Shown here: positions 1 through 9,109 of the stretch, piece by piece
Layout: every line of letters starts with the position of its first letter
Position numbering within the stretch: position 1 is the first letter of the stretch
IMG/VR virus record: IMGVR_UViG_3300011185_000002
Direction: 5' to 3' (one strand)
DNA from: a virus
DNA: 32,724 nt
Program-made: the position numbers and the translations under genes
Notes under the pieces: model-generated
What the model was told of the DNA's origin: nothing
The model's input: only the letters and a program-made list of their open reading frames with translations
The model's database searches: none

Positions 1-123
1 AAGATTAAGCCAGCCCAGGGTATGTATTTCCGCGGCGATCAATTCATGTACTGTGATCGCCATGAACTCCCGAAGCTTCGGCGGATGATTCGGTACTGGG
101 ATAGGGCAGCAACTGAACCCACT
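1..123. repeat. Terminal overlap. It is identical to 32602-32724 and marks circular closure of the contig.
   Basis: Direct comparison shows that the first 123 nt equal the last 123 nt. The repeat is codon-aligned inside one continuous ORF (terL). Confidence 0.95.
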
Positions 124-594
124 TCACAGAACCCGGACCCTGACTGGACTGTCGGGGTTCTAATGGGGCTATGCGAGCTGGGCAGACCTTACGTCCTGGA
201 TGTCGAGCGTTTCCGCGCCGGGCCGGCCGGCGTTGTACGGAAGATCCAGGCGACAGCCGCTAAAGATGGGACGGATGTAGAGATCGGGATCGAGCAAGAC
301 CCCGGTCAGGCTGGCAAATCAGAGGCCCAGTCTCTAATCTCAGCTCTTTCTGGGTACAGCTGTAAGGCGGTCCGAGCTGACAGGAAAAAGGTAATTCGGG
401 CGAAGCCATTCAGCGCTCAGGTACAGGCCGGAAACGTGACCATGGTCCGCGCTCACTGGAATACTGACTACACCCGAGAGCTGGAAGCGTTCGACGGATC
501 CGAGCGTGGCAAGGACGACCAAGTTGACGGCAGCTCAGGCGCGTTCAACATGTTGCATGAGAGAAAGAAAAAAGCCTTGATCGGCAGGGCATAG
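1..594 (+). CDS. terL: Terminase large subunit, C-terminal (nuclease) part. It continues the ORF that begins at 31837.
   Basis: The frame is open from base 1 to the stop at 592-594. Base 124 is in frame with 32724 once the overlap is collapsed. The motifs WDRAAT, IEQDPGQAGK and DDQVDGSSGAF are typical of the RNaseH-like terminase nuclease domain. The joined protein is about 452 aa. Confidence 0.9.
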   Translation, partial: KIKPAQGMYFRGDQFMYCDRHELPKLRRMIRYWDRAATEPTSQNPDPDWTVGVLMGLCELGRPYVLDVERFRAGPAGVVRKIQATAAKDGTDVEIGIEQDPGQAGKSEAQSLISALSGYSCKAVRADRKKVIRAKPFSAQVQAGNVTMVRAHWNTDYTRELEAFDGSERGKDDQVDGSSGAFNMLHERKKKALIGRA

Positions 595-662
595 TTATGT
601 AATATAACAACTATGCGGATATGATCGTTCGCATACACCACACAAACAAAGAGGTAATCATC

Positions 663-1544
663 ATGCAACAACGTAGCGCAGAATGGTTCGCAGCTCGCAG
701 AGGCCGTCTCACAGCATCAATCGTCGGGGCTCTTCTGGGACTCGCACCTTACATGACCAAAGCTGACGCAGAGCGCGCATTTATCCGCGAGCTTCTCGGG
801 GCTGAGTCTGAATTCACTGGCAACATCGCAACTGACTGGGGCGTTAAGCATGAGCCCGAGGCCGCGCTGGCGTACCAGTTCGAGACCGACAGCACAGTGG
901 TCCCGCACGGATTCTTCAAGCTGGATGACTGGGCAGGGATGAGTCCAGATGGTCTGATTGGAGACGACGGCCTAGTGGAGATCAAATGCCCGTTCGGACT
1001 CCGCAAAGATGAGAGCCCGAAGTTCAAAAGCATTTTTTCTGAGGCTCAGGCTCACTACTATGCCCAGGTTCAATTCCAGATGTATGTCAGCGGCCGCAAG
1101 TGGTGCGACTTCTACCAGTGGGCTCCAGGCGGTACCAGTCTTGAGCGCGTGAAGTATGATCCACAATGGGCTGCTGAGTACATTCCGGTACTTGCTAACA
1201 TGCAAGACAAGCTGACAGCACTTGCAATGGATAAGAAGTCCGCTAAGCCGTACCTGGATCCGCTGACCGTGACCATCGAAGACGAAGCATCCAGCTTTTT
1301 GCTCGATGAGTACGACGCGATCGTAGAAAAAGAGAAGGCCGCAAAAGAGCGCAAAGCTCAGATCCTGGCAGAACTCCGCGAGAAATCCGGTGACCGTAAT
1401 GCGGAGATTCACGGAAGAAAGCTGACAAAAGTATCCAAGGCTGGTAGCATCAGTTATTCAAAAGTCGCGAAAGACTTTGTGCCGAAGGGAACAAACCTTG
1501 AGGGGTACCGCGGCAAACCGACAGAATACTGGCAGCTCAAATAA
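663..1544 (+). CDS. YqaJ-like (lambda-Exo fold, PD-(D/E)XK) recombination exonuclease with a C-terminal Lys/Glu-rich extension
   Basis: The N-terminus MQQRSAEWFAARRGRLTASIVGALLG is the YqaJ signature. The catalytic-type motif is SPDGLIGDDGLVEIKCPF. An AAAGAGG RBS precedes the ATG at 663. The ORF-track start at 621 was judged an upstream extension. Confidence 0.85.
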   Translation: MQQRSAEWFAARRGRLTASIVGALLGLAPYMTKADAERAFIRELLGAESEFTGNIATDWGVKHEPEAALAYQFETDSTVVPHGFFKLDDWAGMSPDGLIGDDGLVEIKCPFGLRKDESPKFKSIFSEAQAHYYAQVQFQMYVSGRKWCDFYQWAPGGTSLERVKYDPQWAAEYIPVLANMQDKLTALAMDKKSAKPYLDPLTVTIEDEASSFLLDEYDAIVEKEKAAKERKAQILAELREKSGDRNAEIHGRKLTKVSKAGSISYSKVAKDFVPKGTNLEGYRGKPTEYWQLK

Positions 1545-1556
1545 AGGGGGAGTGTC

Positions 1557-2180
1557 ATGGGCGTTCGTAGCACTATCGACAGACTGAGACAGATAAGGCC
1601 AAAATCAGGCAGGGTCATCACGGAAAGTGGTGAAGTTGCGAACGCCGCTGATTTCATGCGGACTCAAAACGCAGTCAATGACCTGGTCAGAGCGGGGCTA
1701 GGTAGGGTCGCATCCAGCCACAGGAAGATAACGTTGTCTGCAGGGCAAGTGGCGTACTTCAAGCAAAGCATCCCAGCTGGAACTTCTATCCGGGGAATTT
1801 TGGGGGGCTCAAGCATCATTAATGGTGAGGTTGAGTCGCGCCTTGTTATCGGAGCTACACCGGGGGTTGTAGTGGACACACTTGATCCGATGAATGCAGA
1901 TCGCAGGACTATCAATCAACAGAACCCAGCTGAAGACGCTTTTATCCAGCAGTTAGACGGGTTTACTAGTGGGATCGAGCTCGATTTGACTGTTGGGTAC
2001 TCCGAGGGGCAGGGAGACAGAAAGCTCTCAACTACGCTAACCGGAAACGGTATCGGCGGGATCTTTGATTCCACGGTAGAGCCGTACTTCTCTTTCGAGA
2101 ACCTTGGCGACTCATCATGCGAAATTATTGTCCGATTCGTTTGGGCAGACATCTCTGAGGTACTTGATCATGTTCGATAA
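1557..2180 (+). CDS. Hypothetical protein (207 aa, beta-rich, no recognised motif)
   Basis: The ORF has an AGGGGGA RBS. Its end overlaps the portal start by 11 nt, which suggests coupled translation. I recognise no motif. Confidence 0.6.
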   Translation: MGVRSTIDRLRQIRPKSGRVITESGEVANAADFMRTQNAVNDLVRAGLGRVASSHRKITLSAGQVAYFKQSIPAGTSIRGILGGSSIINGEVESRLVIGATPGVVVDTLDPMNADRRTINQQNPAEDAFIQQLDGFTSGIELDLTVGYSEGQGDRKLSTTLTGNGIGGIFDSTVEPYFSFENLGDSSCEIIVRFVWADISEVLDHVR

Positions 2181-3582
2181 TCTATTCGGGAAGAAATCCG
2201 AGGCGCCTGCTACTAAGCGAGTGCAAAAAATGATGCGGGGCTCCAGCGCGTTAGGGCTCTCTGTTACGTCCGAGTGGAACAACTACCGGGACCGCGTTGG
2301 GCTGGAAGAGGGCTACGAAGGGAACTCATGGGTCTACGCTTGCGTTCGCAAAAAGCAGCAAGCCGCTGGATCCGTCCCGTACGTTGTTCAGAAATTTACA
2401 TCTGAAGGCTGGGAGGCTGATGAGGAGAGCACACTGCTGAAGCTGCTCCAGAATCCATGCCCTAGTATGAGCGGGAGCCAGCTTCTACAAGCAATCACTG
2501 CGCAGCTAGACATTGCCGGCGCCTTCCATGCCCGCGTTATCCGCGGTGGCCGTGGCGGCAACGTCCCGCTTGAGATCTGGCCACTGGAGATCGGCAGTGT
2601 TTCGCCACGATTCCGTGGATCTGAGTTGGTCGGCTGGAAGCATGAGCCATTCGGACTGCCTGCTCAAAACCTTGAGCTGAACGAAATTATGTGCCTGCGT
2701 CACACCCACCCTGATGGCGTATACAAGGGTATGAGCGCCGTCCGTGCTGGTGGTAAAGCTATCGACATCGATAACGACGCTTCTGACTGGCAGAAAGTTA
2801 CAATGCAGAACCGAGGCATCCCTGATGGCGTGTTCACGCTGGAGGGCGAGGTCGGGGTTGACGAATGGGAGGAGGCCCGGCGCCAAGTTCGGGATCAGTA
2901 CACCGGCTTGAGTTCAGCCCGCGAGCCCTGGGTGCTGGCTAATGCTTCATTCTCGCAGATGAGTCAAAGTATGGCGGACCTGGACTTCATGGAAGGCCGT
3001 AAAATGACCCGGTCTGAGATCTGCTCAGTGTTAGACGTCCCGGAGCCGTTGATTGGCATTTATGAGAACGCCACTCTGTCGAATATCGAGACCGCTCGAA
3101 AGATCTTTTGGCGCGATACCCTGGTCCCACTGCTGACTGATATCTCTGACCAAATGACACGATTCTTCACTGGCGGGAAAGGGGTCCGGATCCGCTTTGA
3201 CTTCACTTCAGTGTCTGCACTTCAAGATTCACTGCAGGAAAAGATGAGCGTTGCAAAAGATCTTTTCTCTCTCGGGGTCCCGCTGTCGGAGATCAATCGC
3301 CGTCTTGAGATGAACCTAGAGATTGATCAGATCCCTGGCGCTGAAGTTGGGTACACTGCTGGCGGATTGGTCCCGTCCACTGGTGGTGGTGGCGACGGCT
3401 TTGACCGCGTCATCCAACTTGCCCAGTTGGTTGCAGGTGGTGAGCTTTCCGTTGAGGCTGCTACTACTCTCGGTAAAGTGGCTATGCCGGATATGGATCC
3501 AGGCGAGCTTACTACGATCTTCGAGAGCTCGGCAGTGGAGAAGAGTTTCACGGATATCGCGAGGAAGGTGGGGTATGCCTAG
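2170..3582 (+). CDS. Portal protein (HK97-family-like)
   Basis: The product is about 470 aa and sits upstream of MuF, protease and capsid genes. The segments NSWVYACVRKKQQAAGSVPY and SEICSVLDVPEPLIG resemble conserved portal segments. The start was chosen at MFDNLFGKK, overlapping the upstream stop. Confidence 0.85.
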   Translation: MFDNLFGKKSEAPATKRVQKMMRGSSALGLSVTSEWNNYRDRVGLEEGYEGNSWVYACVRKKQQAAGSVPYVVQKFTSEGWEADEESTLLKLLQNPCPSMSGSQLLQAITAQLDIAGAFHARVIRGGRGGNVPLEIWPLEIGSVSPRFRGSELVGWKHEPFGLPAQNLELNEIMCLRHTHPDGVYKGMSAVRAGGKAIDIDNDASDWQKVTMQNRGIPDGVFTLEGEVGVDEWEEARRQVRDQYTGLSSAREPWVLANASFSQMSQSMADLDFMEGRKMTRSEICSVLDVPEPLIGIYENATLSNIETARKIFWRDTLVPLLTDISDQMTRFFTGGKGVRIRFDFTSVSALQDSLQEKMSVAKDLFSLGVPLSEINRRLEMNLEIDQIPGAEVGYTAGGLVPSTGGGGDGFDRVIQLAQLVAGGELSVEAATTLGKVAMPDMDPGELTTIFESSAVEKSFTDIARKVGYA

Positions 3583-4372
3583 GTATCTGCAAGGTAATAA
3601 GCCGCAGGAGGAGCGAGCGATCCAGAACAGAACTCAGGCGAGGGTGGCCAACGCGGCCGCTCCCGACTTTGAGGCTGAGATCATGCGAGCGTTCGAGGAG
3701 GCTGCCAGTGAGTACCGAAGGTGGGAGTCCGAGACTGTAATCGAGTCGATCCTTGAGCAGCATAACGAGACTATGTCCAACCTTGTAGAGAAGACATGGA
3801 TTCGATCCGGACGTCTCGCAGGTGAGCGCACCTTAGGTGCTGTCAATAAGCACATGGGTATGACCTGGGAGACTAAGCAGGAAGAGGGGGAGATGGGGAT
3901 CTTCATGGAGATTTTTAGGTCGTACATTATCGGCGAGGCTTTGGTTCGAGCTGTTGGACTGGGGCTGACAACGATGAAAGTAATCCGTGACGTAATATTC
4001 GGAGCCAAGCAACGCGGTGAGTCTGTCGATGGTATCGCTAAAGCTATACTTAACCAAGGTTCCATAGACTCAAAGTATCGTGCTATGATGATCGCACGTA
4101 CTGAGTCACACTCGGCATATAATACTGCCCGGCAGGCGGCAGCTGAAGCATCCCCTCTGACTCTCAGTAAAGAGTGGGTATCGTCTGACGACGGGCGTAC
4201 GCGGGACTTCGGCAATGGTAAGTTTTCGCATCGCCAGGCAGACGGCGAGATCGTCCTGCTTAACGAGAAGTTTGTTGAGACGGGTGAAGCGCTCCGCTTC
4301 CCGGGCGATCCATCAGGATCTGCAGGTAATGTAATTCATTGTCGATGTGGTACAGTCGACGTACTAGACTAA
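3575..4372 (+). CDS. Head morphogenesis protein (Mu F / SPP1 gp7-like)
   Basis: It contains ARTESHSAYNTARQ and a C-terminal NVIHCRCG motif typical of the Mu-F-like family. A GAGGAAGGTGGGG RBS precedes the ATG at 3575, which overlaps the portal stop. Confidence 0.8.
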   Translation: MPRYLQGNKPQEERAIQNRTQARVANAAAPDFEAEIMRAFEEAASEYRRWESETVIESILEQHNETMSNLVEKTWIRSGRLAGERTLGAVNKHMGMTWETKQEEGEMGIFMEIFRSYIIGEALVRAVGLGLTTMKVIRDVIFGAKQRGESVDGIAKAILNQGSIDSKYRAMMIARTESHSAYNTARQAAAEASPLTLSKEWVSSDDGRTRDFGNGKFSHRQADGEIVLLNEKFVETGEALRFPGDPSGSAGNVIHCRCGTVDVLD

Positions 4373-4386
4373 AGTGGAGTTAAGAG

Positions 4387-4989
4387 ATGACTACTATCTT
4401 TCGCGATTTTCAAATGAAAGCGCAGAGCGTCGACGAAGAGGCGCGTACCGTTGAGGGTTATGCGTCTACCTGGGACATGGACCAAGTTGACGATATTATC
4501 CATTTTGGGGCCTTCCAGAAATCAATCAATGAGCGGTTTAGTGCCGGCAAAGTAAAAGTTCTTTGGCAGCATGCGGACCCGATCGGAATTCCTCTGGAGA
4601 TGGTCGAGGACGACAAAGGTCTCTGGGTAAAGGCAAAGATCTCGAAGACCGCACTGGGTGACGAGGCTCTCCAGTTGGCGAAGGATCGCGTTGTTGATCG
4701 TTTTTCTATCGGCTTCAGCATCCCTAAAGGCAAGGCTGAGATTGACGAGAACGGTATCCGCCACATCTATGAAGCTAAGCTCATAGAGTTCTCACTGGTG
4801 ACATTCGCAGCCAACGAAGCCGCGGTTCTTACTGCTGTCAAGCGCCTGCGGCAGTCCCTGGAAGAGAAAGGCCTGGACCCTGTGACCACTGAAGTCAAAG
4901 ACCCGAAGGAGAAGGACACAGGAGAATTCGACGAGCTGAAGTCCATGCTCGAAGAGTTCAGCACTTTCGCTAAGCATCGGCTGTATTAG
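4387..4989 (+). CDS. Prohead maturation protease (HK97 / S78-like)
   Basis: EGYASTWDMDQVDDIIHFGAFQKSI, VLWQHAD and DRFSIGF match the HK97 prohead protease pattern (His and Ser). The gene lies directly upstream of the capsid gene. Confidence 0.88.
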   Translation: MTTIFRDFQMKAQSVDEEARTVEGYASTWDMDQVDDIIHFGAFQKSINERFSAGKVKVLWQHADPIGIPLEMVEDDKGLWVKAKISKTALGDEALQLAKDRVVDRFSIGFSIPKGKAEIDENGIRHIYEAKLIEFSLVTFAANEAAVLTAVKRLRQSLEEKGLDPVTTEVKDPKEKDTGEFDELKSMLEEFSTFAKHRLY

Positions 4990-5005
4990 TTTAGTGAAAT
5001 AAGTA

Positions 5006-5034
5006 TTGACAAGCGGGGTGCATTCGAAGAGAAT
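5006..5034 (+). promoter_or_regulatory. Candidate sigma70-like promoter upstream of the capsid gene (TTGACA, 17 nt, GAGAAT)
   Basis: There is a perfect -35 hexamer at 5006-5011 and a 4/6 match to the -10 hexamer at 5029-5034. It sits in a 148-bp noncoding gap. Confidence 0.35.
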
Positions 5035-5137
5035 GTACTTCGTCGGCACTCGAAAGAGCCGCCACCACACAGAAAGCCGCACAGATTGCACTTTCCGTGG
5101 CACAAATTTAAACCTAAACTCGAAAGAGGAATATGTC

Positions 5138-6337
5138 ATGGACATTAAAGACCTGAAATCACATCTCGATGCTGCGCATACCGAAGTCAAGAATCTGGTA
5201 GAGCGTCAGTCAGACGAGATCAAAACTCTTGGCCAGACTTCTGGGGCCACTGCGTCTGCTTTGAAAGAAGCCGAGAAGAACTTCGACAACGTCACTTCTG
5301 ACTTCGAAGGCCGCATGCAAGACGTTGAGAAGCGTCTACAGCGTCCTGCTGGCGGTATCGCCGAGGAAATGAAGTCTGCTGGCGAGCAGTTCATCGAATC
5401 GAACGCGTACAAGATGGCTATCGAGAAAGGCCTGAAATCTACCGACGCAGTTGAAGTTGCCCAACTTGTCCTGAAGGACATCAGCTCTGGTGCCGGATCC
5501 GCTGGCGCAGTCGCTACTTCCATGCGCCGTCCGGGTATCATCCGCGATCCGGCTGACCGTCAGGTGCACATCCGTGACCTCATGAACGTTGCTCAGACCA
5601 GCTCTGGATCAATCGAGTATTACGTGGACTACACCGGCTTTGATAACCAAGCTGGCGCTCAAACCGCTGAGCTGGCCACGAAAAACAAGTCTGACCTGGT
5701 ACTCGAAGAGAAGACCGCTGCAGTCAAGACCATCGCGCATCACGTTATTGCTTCACGTCAGGTGCTGGATGACGCTTCCATGCTGCGTAGTTACATCGAT
5801 GGGCGTCTGCGTTACGGCCTGAGCCTCGAAGAAGACAAGCAACTTCTTTACGGCGACGGGACTGGCGGAACGCTTGAAGGCATCTTCAGCACCACTGGTG
5901 TTCAGGATCAAGGCACCCGTGCAGCTACTGACGACTACGTCACCCATATCCGCAAGGCTATGACTAAGGCGCGTCTGAGCAACTACCCGGTAAACGGCAT
6001 CGTTATCAACCCGCAAGATTGGGAAACAATCGAGCTGCTGAAGAACGACGGTGGCGACTACATCTGGATTCAGTACATGGCCATGAACGGCGAGCCGCGC
6101 ATGTTCCGTGTACCTGTGATCGAGACCAACGCCGTTGATCAAGGTGACTTCGTTCTGGGCAACTGGAACATGGCAGCTACCCTGTGGGATCGTCAGCAGG
6201 CTTCTGTCCGCTTGTCAGATTCTCACGCGGATCTATTTGTCCGCAACGGCGTAGCCATCCTGGGTGAAGAGCGTGTTGCTCTGACCGTCGAGCGTCCAAG
6301 CGCGTTCGTTAAAGGTGATTTCACTGAGACCGTGTAA
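5138..6337 (+). CDS. Major capsid protein, HK97 fold, with an N-terminal delta (scaffolding) domain
   Basis: The product is 399 aa. The N-terminal roughly 100 aa are coiled-coil-like (MDIKDLKSHLDAAHTEVKNLVERQSDEIK...). The gene follows the protease and a strong terminator follows it. An AAAGAGGA RBS precedes the ATG at 5138. Confidence 0.9.
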   Translation: MDIKDLKSHLDAAHTEVKNLVERQSDEIKTLGQTSGATASALKEAEKNFDNVTSDFEGRMQDVEKRLQRPAGGIAEEMKSAGEQFIESNAYKMAIEKGLKSTDAVEVAQLVLKDISSGAGSAGAVATSMRRPGIIRDPADRQVHIRDLMNVAQTSSGSIEYYVDYTGFDNQAGAQTAELATKNKSDLVLEEKTAAVKTIAHHVIASRQVLDDASMLRSYIDGRLRYGLSLEEDKQLLYGDGTGGTLEGIFSTTGVQDQGTRAATDDYVTHIRKAMTKARLSNYPVNGIVINPQDWETIELLKNDGGDYIWIQYMAMNGEPRMFRVPVIETNAVDQGDFVLGNWNMAATLWDRQQASVRLSDSHADLFVRNGVAILGEERVALTVERPSAFVKGDFTETV

Positions 6338-6357
6338 ATCGGTAGTAGGTGAATAGA

Positions 6358-6387
6358 GAAGGGGCTCCACACGGGGCCCTTTTTTTG
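6358..6387 (+). terminator. Rho-independent terminator after the capsid gene
   Basis: The hairpin is AAGGGGCTCC-ACAC-GGGGCCCTT, a stem of about 11 bp including G-U pairs with a 4-nt loop. A run of 7 T follows. Confidence 0.85.
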
Positions 6388-6426
6388 TGTATACTGTCAG
6401 AACACTCAAGCGAATGGGGAAGTGAC

Positions 6427-6651
6427 ATGCTAAAAGCTACCAAAAACTGGGTCGGCATGGAGGGTACCGTGAAACGCGGGGAGACGCTCCAGCCAATCAC
6501 TGAGGAGCGCGGCCAGGAGTTGATCGAAAGCGGCCGTGCTGTTGAGGTTAAGGGCACTCCGAATCCAGAAGTTCAGGGCGAGACGAAAGAGCAGCCTAAA
6601 AAGCGCCGTACTCGAAAGACTAAGCCTCAGATTGAAACCAAAGAGGGCTAG
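6427..6651 (+). CDS. Small hypothetical protein with a basic C-terminal tail (74 aa)
   Basis: The ATG at 6427 follows GGGGA and lies downstream of the terminator. The C-terminus is KEQPKKRRTRKTKPQ. The ORF-track start at 6349 would include the terminator hairpin. Confidence 0.55.
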   Translation: MLKATKNWVGMEGTVKRGETLQPITEERGQELIESGRAVEVKGTPNPEVQGETKEQPKKRRTRKTKPQIETKEG

Positions 6652-6654
6652 ACC

Positions 6655-7296
6655 ATGATTCGCCGTTCAATGGAGTACGACTACCAAAAAGACCGCCCGA
6701 CGAATTGGGTCCAGGGCACTGTTACTGCTGGTCCGATCGGATCCGTTGCCAGCCTTGGAGCCTCTGAATTGGACGCGTTCCTTTCCATGGGCGGGTTTGT
6801 TGACCAGGCAGAGCAGGACATGGCTCAGTCTATTGTCGATACCGCTGTCGAAATGGTTTACAACTATACGGGCTATGAGCCCACTGATCGCTCCATCCAA
6901 GTAAAGTGGGATGTGCATCCTGAGCAGGTTCGCTACTTCGCCGGGGTGTCTCCAGTCGGAGGCGGGTCTCAGCCATGGATAAAGATCCCTCGTTACCCGG
7001 TGCAGTCAGTTGACAGCATCGACGTAGGCGAGACCACTTTGACTACTGATGACTACGAGTCTGATCTGGCGAGCAATCCTCCACGCGTTGCGCTTATCGG
7101 GCTCGGCACTGGTGAGATCGTCATGGATCTGACTGTTGGGCCAAACGGATCCCTAGATCCCAGGTTCAAGCAAGCGGTTCTCTGTGCTGCAGCGTACATG
7201 TATGAAAACCGGGGCTGCGCATTCGACTCAGTGCTGAAAAAGTCAGGCGCCATGGCGATCGCCCGGGCCCTGCGTGTTGCTGTTGGAGGTCTGTGA
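6655..7296 (+). CDS. Head-tail connector (gp6-like / DNA-packaging QLRG-type) protein
   Basis: DQAEQDMAQSIVDTAVEMVYNYTG and AAAYMYENRG resemble the gp6-like head-tail connector family. The position after the capsid gene fits. Confidence 0.7.
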   Translation: MIRRSMEYDYQKDRPTNWVQGTVTAGPIGSVASLGASELDAFLSMGGFVDQAEQDMAQSIVDTAVEMVYNYTGYEPTDRSIQVKWDVHPEQVRYFAGVSPVGGGSQPWIKIPRYPVQSVDSIDVGETTLTTDDYESDLASNPPRVALIGLGTGEIVMDLTVGPNGSLDPRFKQAVLCAAAYMYENRGCAFDSVLKKSGAMAIARALRVAVGGL

Positions 7297-7643
7297 TGGC
7301 GTGTCAAGATACGAAGCCGCGGGATCTTCGGTACGGAGTAACTTTCTATGGTAAAACTGTCGGGGCCTCAGATGGCCTCGGCGGTTTCGCTTCTGAGTAC
7401 GGGCAAGTCTGGGCTGGAAGGGCTAAAATGTCTTTCGGCGGGCTATCCGACAAAGTCACTGGCGAGTACCTGGGGATTGCTGGGGCCGCCACCATGACTG
7501 TCAGGAAAAACGCTCCAGTCTCCCAGGCTGACCGAGTCGAGGTTCAAGGGAGGCAGTATTCTGTGACTGGGTCGGACCCGATCATGCCTGGATCTAACTT
7601 CCGAAAAGTTTACTTGAGGCTCTGGGAGCACGAAGAGGTCTGA
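7296..7643 (+). CDS. Head closure / head-tail adaptor protein (SPP1 gp16-like)
   Basis: The product is about 115 aa. The pattern VWAGRAKMS...TMTVRKN...DRVEVQGRQYSVTG is typical of head-tail joining proteins. The ATG overlaps the upstream TGA (GTGATGG). Confidence 0.65.
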   Translation: MACQDTKPRDLRYGVTFYGKTVGASDGLGGFASEYGQVWAGRAKMSFGGLSDKVTGEYLGIAGAATMTVRKNAPVSQADRVEVQGRQYSVTGSDPIMPGSNFRKVYLRLWEHEEV

Positions 7644-7644
7644 C

Positions 7645-8046
7645 ATGGCTATACGGAACTTCACTCCAAACGTTACGCGCAGCATGCGAAGGCAGGCCAC
7701 TATGGCAGTGGAAGCACTTGCGCGCAGCACTGAGCGTAACGCAAAGATCTCAATTCTGAGGGGTCCTAAATCAGGTGAGCGGTACCGTGTCCCAGGTACC
7801 TCAAGGTTCTACACCGCGTCCGCTCCAGGGCAGGCGCCTGCTCCAAGAACTGGCGACTTGGCGAACAGCATCTACACTCGGGTTCCGGGCCTGTATAAAG
7901 CAGAGGTCGGCAGCGAGCTGAAATATTCTAGGATCGAGTTCGGGTACGGTAGGGCAGCGCCCCGTCCTTACCTGAGGCCGGCAAACGATAAAACTCTCAG
8001 GGAGAAGCAGCGTATTATCGCGGCCGCACTGAGAAATGTGAGGTAA
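7645..8046 (+). CDS. HK97 gp10-like tail-completion / neck protein
   Basis: APGQAPAPRTGDLANSI and IEFGYGRAAPRPYLRPA match the HK97 gp10 family pattern. Confidence 0.7.
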   Translation: MAIRNFTPNVTRSMRRQATMAVEALARSTERNAKISILRGPKSGERYRVPGTSRFYTASAPGQAPAPRTGDLANSIYTRVPGLYKAEVGSELKYSRIEFGYGRAAPRPYLRPANDKTLREKQRIIAAALRNVR

Positions 8047-8049
8047 CAC

Positions 8050-8472
8050 ATGATTGAAGTTATGAAAGACATCTACGCGAGACTGTCAGCTGACGGGGCA
8101 CTAACCTCTAAGCTCTCAACCTATAAGGCGCTTCCTGCGATCTTCATGGACTGGTCTCAGCAGGTTAACGGGCCCTACCTTGTTCTCACGTACCTGCCCA
8201 CCTCTGAGGTCTACGACACTCAGGTAACGCAGACCCTGCAGGTTGATATCTTCGAAAGGGCTGGCGACTCAATGGGTAGCTACCTTAGCTGCATCAGCAT
8301 TCGGGATGACATCGTGAGAATCCTGGATCGGCAGACATCTCTGGACGGGGTGGAGAACTTGCGCGTATACTATGAAACTGAACAGCCTGTTTCAGATGAT
8401 GACGGACGGTACCGCCGTTACATGGTAACGTTTACCATGCGCTGGAATAGAGCTGCTGACATTCAAGCTTGA
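8050..8472 (+). CDS. Tail terminator / tail-completion protein (DUF3168-like)
   Basis: The product is 140 aa. The N-terminus MIEVMKDIYARLSADGALTS is typical of the gpU/gp11-like family. The gene lies immediately upstream of the tail tube gene. Confidence 0.55.
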   Translation: MIEVMKDIYARLSADGALTSKLSTYKALPAIFMDWSQQVNGPYLVLTYLPTSEVYDTQVTQTLQVDIFERAGDSMGSYLSCISIRDDIVRILDRQTSLDGVENLRVYYETEQPVSDDDGRYRRYMVTFTMRWNRAADIQA

Positions 8473-8491
8473 ATATAGAGAGGGTAACACC

Positions 8492-9052
8492 ATGGCTAGG
8501 AATACTGGCGTAACAACCGAAACCGCTAAGCGCATGATTATGGACGCTGGGGCGATCTACATTAACTACGGCGAGGCCGACGAGGCGCTATTCGGCGCTA
8601 CCCGCGAAGGCGCTGAGTTTACGGTAGAGCAGGATATCCGTGAGATCGAAGTGGACGGCCTCCGGGGCCCCACTAAAGGCTTCCGCCGGATCATTCAGGA
8701 GCATGTTCGTCTGACTGTGAACTTGCTTGAGATGACTGCGGACAACGTTGTCACTTCAATGATCGGGTCAACAAAAACAGTTGATGGGGGTACAAGCGAG
8801 GACGTTATAACTCGCTCACTGTTGATGGGAGACATCGAGTACCTGACTAACATCGCACTGGTGGCCGACTACTCTGGATCATCGGACCCAGTGGTAATCA
8901 TCCTGAAAAATGCGCTGCAAGACGGAGGATTTAGTCTGTCGGCTACCGATCGTGAAGAGTCTACTGCAGAGCTGCAGTTCACTGCTCACATAGACCCAGC
9001 TGGCAACCTGGATGAATCTCCTTTCGAGATCCGCTTCCCTGAAGTTGTTTAA
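8492..9052 (+). CDS. Major tail (tube) protein
   Basis: The product is 186 aa. The gene lies between the tail terminator and the tail chaperones. GAIYINYGE...FGATREGAEFTVEQDIREIEVDGLRGPTKG fits the TP901-1/phi13-type tube pattern. A terminator follows. Confidence 0.7.
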   Translation: MARNTGVTTETAKRMIMDAGAIYINYGEADEALFGATREGAEFTVEQDIREIEVDGLRGPTKGFRRIIQEHVRLTVNLLEMTADNVVTSMIGSTKTVDGGTSEDVITRSLLMGDIEYLTNIALVADYSGSSDPVVIILKNALQDGGFSLSATDREESTAELQFTAHIDPAGNLDESPFEIRFPEVV

Positions 9053-9076
9053 ACTTTGGTAGTGTAATACAATAAG

Positions 9077-9109
9077 GGCTGTGTCTTAACGGGCACGGCC
9101 TTTATTTTA
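9077..9109 (+). terminator. Probable rho-independent terminator after the tail tube gene
   Basis: The hairpin is GGCTGTG-(10-nt loop)-CACGGCC, followed by TTTATTTTAT. Confidence 0.55.

Noticed and set aside
1-123. Reading the 123-bp terminal repeat as a genuine direct terminal repeat of the virion DNA.
   Set aside because: The repeat lies in the middle of the terL coding sequence and is codon-aligned. That is what an assembler produces when it closes a circular or permuted genome.
3323-3574. Long N-terminal extensions in the ORF track, such as 3323 for MuF, 5006 for capsid, 2104 for portal, 16609 for i-spanin, 17822 for primase-helicase, 22956, 23197, 27599 and 6349.
   Set aside because: Internal starts carry clear Shine-Dalgarno sequences, avoid long overlaps with the upstream gene or with terminators, and begin where the recognisable protein sequence begins.
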